Shown here one piece after another: positions 17,056-24,991 of a stretch of DNA of 24,991 nt; the first letter of the stretch is position 1, and each line of letters starts with the position of its first letter. Made by a program: the position numbers and the translations under genes. The DNA is from a virus. Lineage: Duplodnaviria; Caudoviricetes. The notes beneath the pieces were generated by a model. That model searched no databases. It saw only the letters and a program-made list of their open reading frames with translations, and was not told the origin of the DNA. Where the stretch lies: the IMG/VR virus record IMGVR_UViG_3300050153_000007, positions 1 to 24,991 of that record, one strand, 5' to 3'.

Positions 17056-18871
17056 GCAGGCTCCAGTATTGGGTCAGGATGTCGCGGTCGGTCGGGGCCG
17101 AGTTGCCGCTGCGGATCAGGTCTTGCTTGAGGCCATCATAAGCCCCAGCAGGCAGGTCCTTGACGGTCATGCCCATCATGCGCTGGGATGTGCTGCCGCC
17201 TTTGTACAAACCGCCCAGGTATTCGGTGCGGAAGCCGATGTTCGTGGCAAAGAGCTTGTCCAGCGCCTGCTGGGTTTCCTGCTGGTTGAAGCGTTTCCCC
17301 GCAGCCTGCTGCTCAGAGATGACGTATTGGGAGGCGTACTGCTGGATGGCGCCGATGCGCTCCTTGTCCTCGGTCGACTTGGCTTTGGTTGGGTTCACCC
17401 CGATCGAGATCATGCGGCTGTTTAACGCAGCGTTGAAGCCTTGCACGTGCAGGTTGCCGGGGTCTTTACCGGGGGCGACGATGCCCTGCTTCAAGTCGGT
17501 GCGCTGTTGGTCCCAGTCCAACCAGTCCTTGCGGGACATGCTGCCCTTCATGTTGATCCAGTCGGTGTCAGACAGCTTGCCGATGTCGAGGTCACTGCCG
17601 TCACCGAAGTGGGTGTACAGGTTGTGCGAGATGACAGGGTCGGTCGGCTTGTTGCTCTCGCGGCTGGCGAAAGAGTCGATGGCCGCCAGGTGCCCCTTGG
17701 CTTGGAGCGCCACGTAAATGTTGCGGGGCAGGTCAGTCACTGAGGCGCCGGGGTTGCGGATCAGGAAGTCCTGGGCCTGGCCCACGACGCTGGCCATGCC
17801 CTTGTCGGCGTTGGACTCTTGCTGTGACTGCAGCCGATCGAGCGCCACCATGGCGTGCTCGTAGATGGCCCCGTTGACCCTGACGCCGCCGATCTCGCCC
17901 TTGCTGTCGAAGGCATCGCCCAAGGCTTTGCGCTTGGCCGCAATGCCGCCGGGGGCGTTCTCCAGCGCGCGCTTGACCGTGACGATGTTGTCCTGCTGCG
18001 AGCTTGCATCAAGCACCGGCTTGATGTGGTCTACCTGCTCGGGCGAGAGTTGGTCCTGGATCTTGGCGAAATACTGTTGGGCCATGGCCAACGAGCCCGG
18101 GTCGGCGGCCTTGCCCTTCTTGCCACCCAGCAGGTAGAACAGCGTGCCAACGTAAGCCTGGCTCAGTGCTTGCTTGACGTTGGCGTCGACCACGTCTTTG
18201 TCAATCACGCCGGCGTTAGCCAGCAGCGTCTTGGTCTCCGACGCCACGGTCTGCAGGTACTGCTGGTACTGGCTGTTTGACTCGGGCTTGTCTTGATCGA
18301 AGTTTAGAGTCGGCGTGTCGGTCATCGGGTTGAAAGCGGGTGCCGCGCCATCCGATGCCACCTTCGCGCGAGTCTGCCCTGCCGACTGCAGGTAGATGTA
18401 GGCCTGTTGGTCCCTGTGCTGAATCGCCGCTTGGATGGCCGACTGCACGCGCATCTGCGCGGTCGTCTTGACCATCTCCTGCTGCGCGGTTGACATCCCT
18501 TCACTGTGCGTTGCCGCCAGGCTTTGGAGCTTCTGCACCGTCTTGTCGAGGGTGTCCCCGACAGCGTTGCCGCCTTTCTTGTTCACGTACCCCGAAGCCG
18601 GGTCGTCGGGCGTGCCGTACAACACGCCCTGGATCGAGCCCATCAGCCCGGCGTCGAACTCTTTGGCCTTGGCCTCGTTCTGGTGGATCTGGTCCTGAGT
18701 GGCCATCTCCAGCCCTTTGACCCCGGCGGCGGTCAAAGCCTGCCCGGTCTTCATCTGCTCCTGTGGGCCGATCTGTGCGGCCTGCATCAGGCGGAAGGGC
18801 GTGCTCTGGCGGGCGTCGGGGACGTTCTGCGGCGCGACTGTGGGGGCGCTGTAGACTGGCACGTTTGGCAT
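17042..18871 (-). CDS. Internal virion protein (gp15-equivalent position), 609 aa
   Basis: MPNVPVY N-terminus, helical Ala/Gln-rich sequence, lies between the gp14-like and giant genes; 14-nt overlap with the giant gene. Confidence 0.75.
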   Translation of the reverse strand: MPNVPVYSAPTVAPQNVPDARQSTPFRLMQAAQIGPQEQMKTGQALTAAGVKGLEMATQDQIHQNEAKAKEFDAGLMGSIQGVLYGTPDDPASGYVNKKGGNAVGDTLDKTVQKLQSLAATHSEGMSTAQQEMVKTTAQMRVQSAIQAAIQHRDQQAYIYLQSAGQTRAKVASDGAAPAFNPMTDTPTLNFDQDKPESNSQYQQYLQTVASETKTLLANAGVIDKDVVDANVKQALSQAYVGTLFYLLGGKKGKAADPGSLAMAQQYFAKIQDQLSPEQVDHIKPVLDASSQQDNIVTVKRALENAPGGIAAKRKALGDAFDSKGEIGGVRVNGAIYEHAMVALDRLQSQQESNADKGMASVVGQAQDFLIRNPGASVTDLPRNIYVALQAKGHLAAIDSFASRESNKPTDPVISHNLYTHFGDGSDLDIGKLSDTDWINMKGSMSRKDWLDWDQQRTDLKQGIVAPGKDPGNLHVQGFNAALNSRMISIGVNPTKAKSTEDKERIGAIQQYASQYVISEQQAAGKRFNQQETQQALDKLFATNIGFRTEYLGGLYKGGSTSQRMMGMTVKDLPAGAYDGLKQDLIRSGNSAPTDRDILTQYWSLHGKH

Positions 18872-18872
18872 A

Positions 18873-19388
18873 TCAGGCCTTCACTTTGTTGTAGCTGACC
18901 CATGCGCTGGCCACTTGGCCTGCGCCTGTCAGGAGGGAGCTCACGCCGGCCATGGTGGGGTTGATGGCACTGCCGGTGGCTTTGTCGGCCGCCGCCTCTG
19001 CTGCGTAGTTCGCGCCCTGGTTCTTGTACGCCCACGCCTGGCGCGATGCGTTGTCGCGGATTGTCAGCGCGTCGCGCTCGCCCATGAACTTAGTGGTGGC
19101 CAGGATCTCGGTGGCCGAGCCTTCGCCCAGGTCAACCCCGTTGGCGGCCAGCGCGGCGCGTTGGTCCCCCATCATGCCAGCGGTCTTGAGGCGTTGCGTC
19201 TGCTCCGCCACTTCGCCGTTTTGCACAGCCAGGTCGGCCTGGTAGTTTGCGATCTTCTGGTTGTTGAGAGCGACCGCGGCCTCGTAAGCCAATGTGGCCT
19301 TCTGCGCTTTGGCGTTGTTGATCGACCCGATGGTCGACATCAAAGTGCCTGCTGCACCAAGCCCGACGGCTGCTGTTGCCATTGACAT
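18873..19388 (-). CDS. Internal virion protein (T7 gp14-like), 171 aa
   Basis: Gly/Ala hydrophobic N-terminus and the G.QRAALAANGVDL.EGS motif. Confidence 0.82.
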   Translation of the reverse strand: MSMATAAVGLGAAGTLMSTIGSINNAKAQKATLAYEAAVALNNQKIANYQADLAVQNGEVAEQTQRLKTAGMMGDQRAALAANGVDLGEGSATEILATTKFMGERDALTIRDNASRQAWAYKNQGANYAAEAAADKATGSAINPTMAGVSSLLTGAGQVASAWVSYNKVKA

Positions 19389-19389
19389 T

Positions 19390-21846
19390 TCAGTTCCCCA
19401 GTGCGACCTCTAGGGTCATGGATGTCAAGTCTAAAGGCAACGGGTCGGTCTGCTCGATGCAGACCTGGCCGCCCGCTGCCCAGGAGGGGTTCAGCACCAT
19501 CTCAATCTCGTCGCTCACCAGGTTGGGGGGCGAGCCATAGCTCTCGGTGGTGCGCAGCGCGACAGGGTCAAGCGAGTTGAAGTCAGGCCCGGCTGAGATA
19601 CCGCTGGAGCGCACCACGCGCATCCAGATTTTGTTCACGTTCTTGACGCGACCTTGGCCCGCGCCGCCATCGCTCTGCGTGGCGACCGGCAGGGTCTGGA
19701 GTTGCGCGACGATGGGCAACCCCACGGTGATCTTGCTGCAGGGCTGGTCGATGGCGATGGCCCCGCCGGTGACTACCTGGGGTGGGAAGGTGGCGCCGTC
19801 GCCCAGGATGTTGACGGTCTGACCTTCCAGCCAGGTCAGGCCGGTGACGGTGCGGGTGGGTTCCCCGCTGTAGGTCGAGCCGCAGTCAACGAAGAAGGCG
19901 TCGGCCAGGGTGGCGAACAGCCGGGTGTGCAGGCGCTCGATGAAGCGTGTGGTGGCCCCGTTGATCGTGCGCTTGACCACCAGGTACAGCATGTCCTCGT
20001 TGTTCTCAGTGATCACGCAGCAGGACTCGAACACGCCGGACGCGCCGGTGTCGTGGCGGTGCCATGCGCTGACCTGCTGCTCGGGCACGTAGGTCAAGCC
20101 CAACAACAAGCCGTTGCTGGAGATGGCCCATAGCACGGGCACGGGGCCGCGCGAGTAGGTCATGTCGACGATGGTGTTGTAGTCGAACAAGTGAGGCGCC
20201 ATCAGGCTGATGTCCCCGGACACGTAGCTGCTGGCCTGCCACGAGTAGGAGAGCTCGCGGATGTGGCCGCCACGCGCAGCGGCGTACAACACGATGTTGT
20301 TGACCACCACCGGCACCACGTTGCTGGCGCCGTTGTAGGACTGAGGCGTGATGCTGATGCTGGTGGGGGTGAGCACGTCGCCGCTGGACGAGCCGCACTT
20401 CCACTCACACGTTGCGGTCAACAGCAGGAGCTGGCCAGCGGGGACGATGTGGCGGATGGCCGATGCCTCACGCGCGGCGATGCGGACCGCGATGCGGTTG
20501 TCCGACTGCACCGGGATGGTGTAGCTCATGTTGGACTCAGTGCCGCTGCGCGTCGCCCATAGGTTCTGGGGGGCGTTGGCGGTGCCCCCGAACAGGCGGC
20601 GCTGCTGGTAGTAGCTCACGGCAGCGGGGTACCCCCCGGCGGCGTTGAAGCCCGAGGAGGCGTCGCTGATGGGCGGGGTCTTGCTGACGTCGGCCGTGAT
20701 GTTGTTGTCGACGAAGCTGCCCGAGCCGGACTGCCCGATGTAGCCGTACAAGCCGTTAGACAGCTTGTAGATGTAGTACCGCACGTTCGTGCCTGCGGTG
20801 CTCGAATCGGCGAACGTGATCGTGTTGACGTTCCCCGCGGTGGCCAGGTTGTTGGTGCACGACGCGGCCCCCGAGGCCACTGTCTCTTCCAACCCTTCAG
20901 TCCTCACCGCGGTCACGACGTAGGTGTAGCCAACCGCGCCGACGCCGGTTGCGGTTGCAGTCACGCCGGTGAGCGGGTTGGCAGGAGGGGCGAACGATGG
21001 CAGCGCCGTGCGCCAGTCGGTGGCGCCGTAGCGGCGCAACTCCATGGGCGGGTAGTTGGGGTGCGTGATGGTGAGCACGTCAGCCGACTGCACATAGTGC
21101 AGGTCCATCAGGTCCGCCGCCGCGTAGGGGTTTGGGATCTCGTAGATGTTGGGCGCGCTGGGCATGGCGTACCAGGTTTTGGCGGACCCGGCAGCCCCCG
21201 GTGTGACGTTGTTGGATGCGGTCCCACCCCCCGAGTACACGCCGGAAAAAACGCTGCCGACAAGGTCAAACACGGTCACGGGAGGGAAGCCCACCATTGA
21301 CATGTTGCTCACAACCCACTCACCATTTGCGCCCGGCACTCCGCCCACACCGGCGACAAGCACCCGGTCGCCATTTGCAAAACTTTGATCGAAAACGCCA
21401 AGGGTAAGTCTAACGAGGCCAGCGCCGTTGTTGGCGGCGTTCGCCACCCCGTCAGCAAACCCGACGACCTTGCGGTAGTAGTTCACGCCGCCAGAGCTGG
21501 CCATGCTGCCGACCGTGTACGCCGTGGCCCCGTTGTACGCCGCCGGGGTGCTGTACAGCAGGGTGGCGGCGTTGGTGTGCCAGCGGAAGTAGCCCGCCCC
21601 CACCTCGACCACGAAGGTCTGGGTGTTGTTGTAGCTGAAGGGGATCACCCGCGTCACGTTGGCCGAGGTTTTGACGGGGCGCACGAACTCAGTGCCCGGG
21701 CGGTTGGTGGCCGGGCCGTGCGGAAGTGTGATGAAGTTGCGGCAAAGAGCCAGGCCTTCCTGCCGCTTGGTCAGGTCAATGCGGCCGAAGAGCTCGGGCG
21801 TGATCTCGCCAGCCGAGAACGAGCGGTGCAGGACGCGGACTGCCAT
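19390..21846 (-). CDS. Tail tubular protein B / nozzle (T7 gp12-like)
   Basis: SFSAGEITPELFGRIDL, NFITLPHGP...RPGT, QSADVL..HP.YPP, YPAAVSYYQQR, EQQVSAWHRH. ATG at 21846 via TGATG overlap. Confidence 0.92.
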   Translation of the reverse strand: MAVRVLHRSFSAGEITPELFGRIDLTKRQEGLALCRNFITLPHGPATNRPGTEFVRPVKTSANVTRVIPFSYNNTQTFVVEVGAGYFRWHTNAATLLYSTPAAYNGATAYTVGSMASSGGVNYYRKVVGFADGVANAANNGAGLVRLTLGVFDQSFANGDRVLVAGVGGVPGANGEWVVSNMSMVGFPPVTVFDLVGSVFSGVYSGGGTASNNVTPGAAGSAKTWYAMPSAPNIYEIPNPYAAADLMDLHYVQSADVLTITHPNYPPMELRRYGATDWRTALPSFAPPANPLTGVTATATGVGAVGYTYVVTAVRTEGLEETVASGAASCTNNLATAGNVNTITFADSSTAGTNVRYYIYKLSNGLYGYIGQSGSGSFVDNNITADVSKTPPISDASSGFNAAGGYPAAVSYYQQRRLFGGTANAPQNLWATRSGTESNMSYTIPVQSDNRIAVRIAAREASAIRHIVPAGQLLLLTATCEWKCGSSSGDVLTPTSISITPQSYNGASNVVPVVVNNIVLYAAARGGHIRELSYSWQASSYVSGDISLMAPHLFDYNTIVDMTYSRGPVPVLWAISSNGLLLGLTYVPEQQVSAWHRHDTGASGVFESCCVITENNEDMLYLVVKRTINGATTRFIERLHTRLFATLADAFFVDCGSTYSGEPTRTVTGLTWLEGQTVNILGDGATFPPQVVTGGAIAIDQPCSKITVGLPIVAQLQTLPVATQSDGGAGQGRVKNVNKIWMRVVRSSGISAGPDFNSLDPVALRTTESYGSPPNLVSDEIEMVLNPSWAAGGQVCIEQTDPLPLDLTSMTLEVALGN

Positions 21847-22520
21847 CAGCGATTCACCATCCAAGGGGCGCCAGCAGCGGGGCGCACGCGGCGCTGGTTG
21901 GCGTCGGACCCTTCGGCCTGGGCCTGGAAGCCCATGGCCAGCTTGAGCTGGGCCTCAGACACGCGAATGCCTTCGGTGCCTTTGATCAAAGGCCCGGCCA
22001 GCATGCTGGCCAGGTAGTGCGACAGCGTCAGCACGAAGAGGGGTGACCACTTGGTGGGGTCCGACACGCTCTTGGTGTAGCGCAGGATGGCGAACTCCTG
22101 GTTGGTCAGGATGATGTCGTTGTCGTCGTAGTCGGTCTCAACCACGAAGGCTTGCGGGGTGTAGACCCCGAGGCCCACGACCGGCGCGCTGTAGGGGCCG
22201 ACGCCAGCCATCTGCACGCCGACGCTGTAGTCGTCGGTGGCGTTGGGGTCCATGACCTCTAGATAGTTGATGACGTTCGAGGGCGCGGCGTAGCAGAACT
22301 TCCACGACGAGGAGGGGTTCGTGGCGTTCAGCGCGAGCGTGGTGCGCTTGGTCGAGAAGCCCCAGCTGTGCATCTCCAGCAGCGCGTCCCGCGCGATGGG
22401 GTAGAACCGCGCGCAGTGGGATGACTGGGCGTTGCCCGAGGGTGGGTTGATGCTGGCCACCGTCGCGGTGTCACCCAGGTGCGCGAGCGCTAGGTTGCAA
22501 ATGTCGACGTCAGAAGGCAC
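21846..22520 (-). CDS. Tail tubular protein A / adaptor (T7 gp11-like)
   Basis: SDVDICNLALAHLG, CARFYPIARDALLE.H.W.F, F...L...LA..LAGPL; GAGGAG SD. Confidence 0.92.
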   Translation of the reverse strand: MPSDVDICNLALAHLGDTATVASINPPSGNAQSSHCARFYPIARDALLEMHSWGFSTKRTTLALNATNPSSSWKFCYAAPSNVINYLEVMDPNATDDYSVGVQMAGVGPYSAPVVGLGVYTPQAFVVETDYDDNDIILTNQEFAILRYTKSVSDPTKWSPLFVLTLSHYLASMLAGPLIKGTEGIRVSEAQLKLAMGFQAQAEGSDANQRRVRPAAGAPWMVNR

Positions 22521-22531
22521 AGCTCACTCCT

Positions 22532-22562
22532 CAAGAAAATACAGGGGCCGCAAAGCCCCTGT
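22532..22562 (-). terminator. Rho-independent terminator after the capsid module
   Basis: On the - strand ACAGGGGC-tttgcg-GCCCCTGT followed by ATTTTCTT. Confidence 0.75.
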
Positions 22563-22584
22563 CTGATTGCCAGGTGGCAGGGCC

Positions 22585-22896
22585 TCAGACCAGGTCGCCA
22601 GCACCGGCGGCGGGGGCGCCAGCGGCAGCCTTGGCCAGGACTTCAGCGGCAGCGGCAGCGGCGGCGTTGGCGGCGGCCACGGTGTTGATGTCATCAGGGC
22701 TGGCGCCAGCAGCGGCCACACGTTGGCGGGCAGCGGAGCGGGTGTTGGCGGACTTGGCGCCTTCAGCTGCCTGCTCGGCGGGCTTGTCCAGCGCTTCGAG
22801 GTTGCTGGAGGGTTCGCCGTCGTAGTCGATGACGGCGCCTTCATCGACCAGGCCGTTGTTGACGAAAGACTTGACGAGGACGCGATACTTGGGCAT
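22585..22896 (-). CDS. Hypothetical virion-module protein, 103 aa, Ala-rich tail
   Basis: AGGAG SD; MPKYRVLVKSFVNNGL..EG.VI.YDG.P..NLE pattern typical of the gene after the cement protein in BPP-1-like phages. Confidence 0.85.
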   Translation of the reverse strand: MPKYRVLVKSFVNNGLVDEGAVIDYDGEPSSNLEALDKPAEQAAEGAKSANTRSAARQRVAAAGASPDDINTVAAANAAAAAAAEVLAKAAAGAPAAGAGDLV

Positions 22897-22912
22897 GTGG
22901 TGCTCCTGGTGC

Positions 22913-22932
22913 GGCCCGCCCGAAGGCGGGCC
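22913..22932 (-). other. Intergenic GC hairpin with cUUCGg tetraloop
   Basis: On the - strand GGCCCGCC-TTCG-GGCGGGCC, a perfect 8-bp stem with no U tract. Confidence 0.8.
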
Positions 22933-22938
22933 TGTGGT

Positions 22939-23430
22939 TTACAGAACGGAGAAGCCGACGGGGTAGAACTTCTGCCCGTCCTGGATCTCAGCGCCCAGGT
23001 CGGCGTAGATCGAGCCGGCAGTGTTGTTGCCAACGTTGACCGTGCGGGCGCCCACATAGCGCTGGCCCTTCGAGCCGATCACGGGGTTGATCTGGCATGC
23101 GAAGCGCGCAGTCGACGTGAGCTGCGCCACGGGGATGGCGCCGGTGGTGCCGATGACCTTGACGTTCGTGGTCAGCGCGGCGTCGTCCGCCGTGATGATC
23201 TGGAACTCAGCCGAGGTGCCGCCTGCAAAAGCAGTCGTCACTTCAAAGCGGCCAAAGATGAAGTCGCTGCCCGCGCCGATGTCGCGGACTTGACCGGACG
23301 GGGTACCGCCAGTGGCCAGGTCCACGGTGTTCGTGGACAGCACCGAGGTGCCGTTGCCGAACACCGCTTGACCGGTGACAGTGTTGCCGAGGATGGAGCC
23401 CGAGAGGGCCAAGAGTGCGTCAGTGATCAT
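22939..23430 (-). CDS. Capsid cement/decoration protein (Bbp16-like)
   Basis: MITDALL...STNTVDL...RDIGAG...V.TAF.GGTS...RYVG; GGAG SD before the ATG at 23430; follows the major capsid gene. Confidence 0.88.
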   Translation of the reverse strand: MITDALLALSGSILGNTVTGQAVFGNGTSVLSTNTVDLATGGTPSGQVRDIGAGSDFIFGRFEVTTAFAGGTSAEFQIITADDAALTTNVKVIGTTGAIPVAQLTSTARFACQINPVIGSKGQRYVGARTVNVGNNTAGSIYADLGAEIQDGQKFYPVGFSVL

Positions 23431-23456
23431 GGTGATCTCCAGTTGATTCGAGTGGC

Positions 23457-24461
23457 TTAGACCACGCGGGATTCGGTGTTGAGGATCTGGTCGACGCGAC
23501 GCAGGGGCACGCCCTCGAAGTTCAGCCAGGACATGGGCGAACCGAACTGGTTCAGACCCTTCTCGACGGCCAGCGCGTAGTTGCTCTTCTGCAGAGCTTG
23601 CAAGCGCAGGATCGAGTAGACGGTGCGGTTCATGTAGAACGCGCCACGGCCCATGCCGAAGTTGGGGATGCGGTCCAGCGCGCGAGACATCAGCGCGATC
23701 AAGTCGGCGGCGGCGGTGTTGGCCACCAGGTTCGCCGTGTTGATGTTGCAGATGCGCACGATGTAGCGCCAGTCCTTCACGACCAGGCCGTTCTTCCACT
23801 GGTAGTGGGTCTGGTATGCCTGGTAGGGGTTGTTGTTGCTGTCATAGACAGTCAGCACGCCCATGTCTTCGTGGGTCAGGCCGGCCTTGGCGCCCTTGGG
23901 GAAGGTGCAGAAGCAGGTGTTCTCACCCCACAGCACCAGCCAGATGGACGTGTTGTTGGAGGCAGTGCCGCCAGCGTCCAGGATGTTCTGGTTGTTGCCG
24001 GCGCCGGAGATGGCGCCGAAGCGAGGAGCCAAGCCCAGGTACTGGCGGGGGTCCGAGGCGGGGTTGCCGTAGAACATGGTCTGCGCTTGGGTCTGGTTCA
24101 TCGCTTCCAGGAAAGCGGTGTCTTCAGACAAGCGGAACGACGCGGTGTTGCCGTTCAGTTCGGCCAGGTCCTTGTCGACGCGGCAGTAGGCCTCCAGCAT
24201 GCCGACGGACTCGTCGACTTGCGCGGTGGCCGACTTGCTGGAGGGCACGCCCTGGTTCAGCGAGCGCCAGTAGACAGCGGGCAGACCCGTGCGGATCGTG
24301 ACGCGGTGGCCGGTGGGGAGGTTGCCTTCTTGGAAGACAGCGTCCTCCAGGATCTCGTTGGACTGCGACAGCAGTTCAGCGACGACAGGGACACGACCGT
24401 CAGGGTCGATGCGCTTGGCCCAGTCCGCGAGGGTCAGGGCGCCGTTGGTGAGAGTTGCCAT
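23457..24461 (-). CDS. Major capsid protein (BPP-1 Bbp17-like)
   Basis: TLADWAKR.DPDG, ELLSQSNEILED, EGNLPTGH...RTGLP, DWRYIVRICNI, F.GVP.RRVDQI.NTE. Confidence 0.95.
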   Translation of the reverse strand: MATLTNGALTLADWAKRIDPDGRVPVVAELLSQSNEILEDAVFQEGNLPTGHRVTIRTGLPAVYWRSLNQGVPSSKSATAQVDESVGMLEAYCRVDKDLAELNGNTASFRLSEDTAFLEAMNQTQAQTMFYGNPASDPRQYLGLAPRFGAISGAGNNQNILDAGGTASNNTSIWLVLWGENTCFCTFPKGAKAGLTHEDMGVLTVYDSNNNPYQAYQTHYQWKNGLVVKDWRYIVRICNINTANLVANTAAADLIALMSRALDRIPNFGMGRGAFYMNRTVYSILRLQALQKSNYALAVEKGLNQFGSPMSWLNFEGVPLRRVDQILNTESRVV

Positions 24462-24476
24462 TTTGAAAGCTCCGTA

Positions 24477-24989
24477 TTAAGCGGGTTGGTTCGGGTAGAG
24501 GGACTTGGCGTGGGTGGTCTCGCCCTTGGTGGGCTGGCGACCGCCAGGCACAAACTTGTCCTCGCTGATGGCTTTGCCGGCATTGAAGAACGCCCGGATG
24601 ATCTCGGGGTGGTTGCCCAGCCCGGTGCCTTTGGGGTTGTTCTGCATGTCGAACTTGCCGAGCAACGCGCGCAACTCCGGCGTGCCGAAGGCCGCAAGGG
24701 CCTTCTCGGCAACCGCAAGATTCTCTTGCAGCTTGTCGCCGCCCAGGGTCTTGTCCGCTTTGGTGTCAGTGACCCATTGCGAGACGGCCGTGTTGTAGGC
24801 TTCCAGCTGGCGGGCTTGGAAGCGCTCGGCGACCTTGGGCGCGATAGCGTCAAGGATCTTCTGCGCAGCACCTTGGGACAGGTCCAGATCCTTGACGACT
24901 TCAGAGAACGTCCCGATCACCTCGTCATCGAACTTGCCGCCCTCGGGCGGTTTGAACTCGTAGGTCTCAGGAGCGCCGAGAACGCTCTC
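24477..24989 (-). CDS. Capsid assembly scaffold protein (5' truncated by window)
   Basis: Frame is open to the window edge (ESVLGAPETYEFKPPEG). GLGNHPEIIRAF...GKAISED and terminal LYPN motifs; directly upstream of the capsid gene. Confidence 0.85.
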   Translation of the reverse strand, partial: ESVLGAPETYEFKPPEGGKFDDEVIGTFSEVVKDLDLSQGAAQKILDAIAPKVAERFQARQLEAYNTAVSQWVTDTKADKTLGGDKLQENLAVAEKALAAFGTPELRALLGKFDMQNNPKGTGLGNHPEIIRAFFNAGKAISEDKFVPGGRQPTKGETTHAKSLYPNQPA

Positions 24990-24991
24990 GA

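Larger units (their letters stand above)
1..24991. mobile_element. Podovirus-type bacteriophage/prophage genome segment (BPP-1/APSE-like organisation)
   Basis: All recognisable genes are phage replication, virion or lysis genes. The order scaffold-capsid-cement-tube A-tube B-internal proteins-fibre-lysis converges on polA-VRR-NUC-SNF2. No host genes, integrase or att sites are in the window, so phage versus prophage cannot be decided. Confidence 0.93.

Noticed and set aside
22939-23799. Cement ORF open 343 nt into the capsid gene in the -1 frame, suggesting a T7 10B-like frameshift fusion
   Set aside because: No slippery heptamer is seen near the capsid 3' end. The -1 frame is often stop-free in GC3-rich genes, and the cement gene has its own GGAG SD.
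1-24991. tRNA, rRNA, CRISPR array, integrase or att site
   Set aside because: None seen; the window is almost fully protein coding with no spaced repeats.

Overview
A GC-rich segment of a podovirus-type phage or prophage with BPP-1/APSE-like organisation, in two convergent arms. The + arm (1-5673) carries the 3' end of a family A DNA polymerase, a small-gene cassette behind a palindromic operator, a VRR-NUC nuclease, an HTH protein, an SNF2-type helicase, a DUF3310-like protein and three different free-standing HNH endonucleases. The - arm (24991-5482) carries the scaffold, major capsid, Bbp16-like cement, tail tubular proteins A and B, two internal virion proteins, a 2931-aa protein, a tail fibre, a PagP-like beta-barrel and a lysis cassette. 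The 2931-aa protein is the standout. It looks like an ejected 'polyvalent' protein with a string of effector-like modules (two ART-like, two zincin-like, one RxSDH module, one helical), delimited by recurring [F/L]-x-Q junctions. It also appears to contain an overprinted +1-frame gene with its own strong Shine-Dalgarno. All family calls come from motif recognition by eye, not from database searches.
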